From positions 3,508 through 67,507 of the forward strand of contig SHXW01000009.1 in the NCBI GenBank assembly GCA_009693115.1: a DNA stretch of 64,000 nucleotides. The letters run 5' to 3'. The position numbers were made by a program, and so were the translations under genes. Position 1 is the first letter of the stretch, and every line of letters starts with the position of its first letter. The notes under the pieces were generated by a model that saw only the letters and a list, made by a program, of their open reading frames with translations, searched no databases and had not been told where the DNA came from. Positions 63,958 through 64,000 of the stretch are shown here, in pieces. The stretch is from Dehalococcoidia bacterium. Lineage in GTDB: Bacteria > Chloroflexota > Dehalococcoidia > Lucifugimonadales > Lucifugimonadaceae.

Positions 63958-64000
63958 ATGAAATTGAAATTGGTCACAATCCTGATCTCTACGCTGGCGT
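63958..64000 (+). CDS. 5' end of an unidentified ORF with a signal-peptide-like N-terminus (runs off the window)
   Basis: GAGGAG lies 7 nt before ATG 63958. It encodes MKLKLVTILISTLA.... Confidence 0.35.
   Translation, partial: MKLKLVTILISTLA

Noticed and set aside
1-64000. Search for CRISPR arrays, transposases or integrases, toxin-antitoxin pairs, restriction-modification or other defence modules, prophage genes, and rRNA or tRNA genes
   Set aside because: I saw no regularly spaced direct repeats, no DDE, tyrosine or serine recombinase motifs, no RT (YxDD) or nuclease/ATPase defence signatures in any plausible ORF, and no rRNA- or tRNA-like sequence. The window appears to be core chromosome.

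Overview
GC-rich bacterial chromosomal segment that reads as core/housekeeping throughout. I found no rRNA, tRNA, CRISPR array, transposase, integrase or phage gene.

Layout:
- (i) 1-6.5 kb: two paralogous GMC flavoprotein dehydrogenase genes flanking a small gamma-like subunit, a small membrane protein, two tandem MFS transporters and a CBS-pair protein.
- (ii) 6.5-12.6 kb: hflC-hflK, preceded on the same strand by a membrane-anchored HExxH protein, with a divergent 778-aa HExxH lipoprotein. I cannot assign either HExxH protein to a named family with confidence.
- (iii) 12.6-30.5 kb: an EF-G-2-type EF-G paralogue, etfB-etfA plus a small unknown ORF, rsmG translationally coupled to a UPF0104/MprF-like membrane protein, a SelA/DgaE-like PLP enzyme, a beta-CASP MBL ribonuclease, a SAM methyltransferase, recA, an APH-family kinase, htrA, glutamine-dependent nadE and an alpha/beta hydrolase.
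- (iv) 30.5-39.1 kb: a co-directional nitrogen-assimilation block, OmpR-type regulator (degenerate receiver)-glnA-gltB-gltD.
- (v) 39.3-61.5 kb: one plus-strand ribosomal-protein super-cluster, rpsL-rpsG-fusA-(no tuf)-rpsJ...rplQ, including secY, adk, map, infA, rpmJ and rpoA, then truA-rplM-rpsI.
- (vi) 61.7-63.8 kb: prfA-prmC on the minus strand.

Many track ORFs are over-extended at the 5' end or are antisense shadow ORFs typical of GC-rich DNA. Starts were re-set where a conserved N-terminus and/or a Shine-Dalgarno sequence supports it.

Things worth a second look:
- the HExxH pair beside hflKC;
- the pseudo-receiver regulator heading the GS-GOGAT block;
- Ala/Lys/Pro- or RGG-rich extensions on several ribosomal proteins;
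- a family of CCCTCTCCC/GGGAGAGGG-type hairpin repeats that also punctuate the ribosomal-protein operon;
- a second short repeat family with a GAGCGAAG core.

Nothing here looks like a mobile or defence island. Long-form S12, a Cheo-like box at recA and the rplQ-truA-rplM-rpsI order are compatible with a Terrabacteria/Chloroflexota-like lineage, but the taxon cannot be settled from this window.
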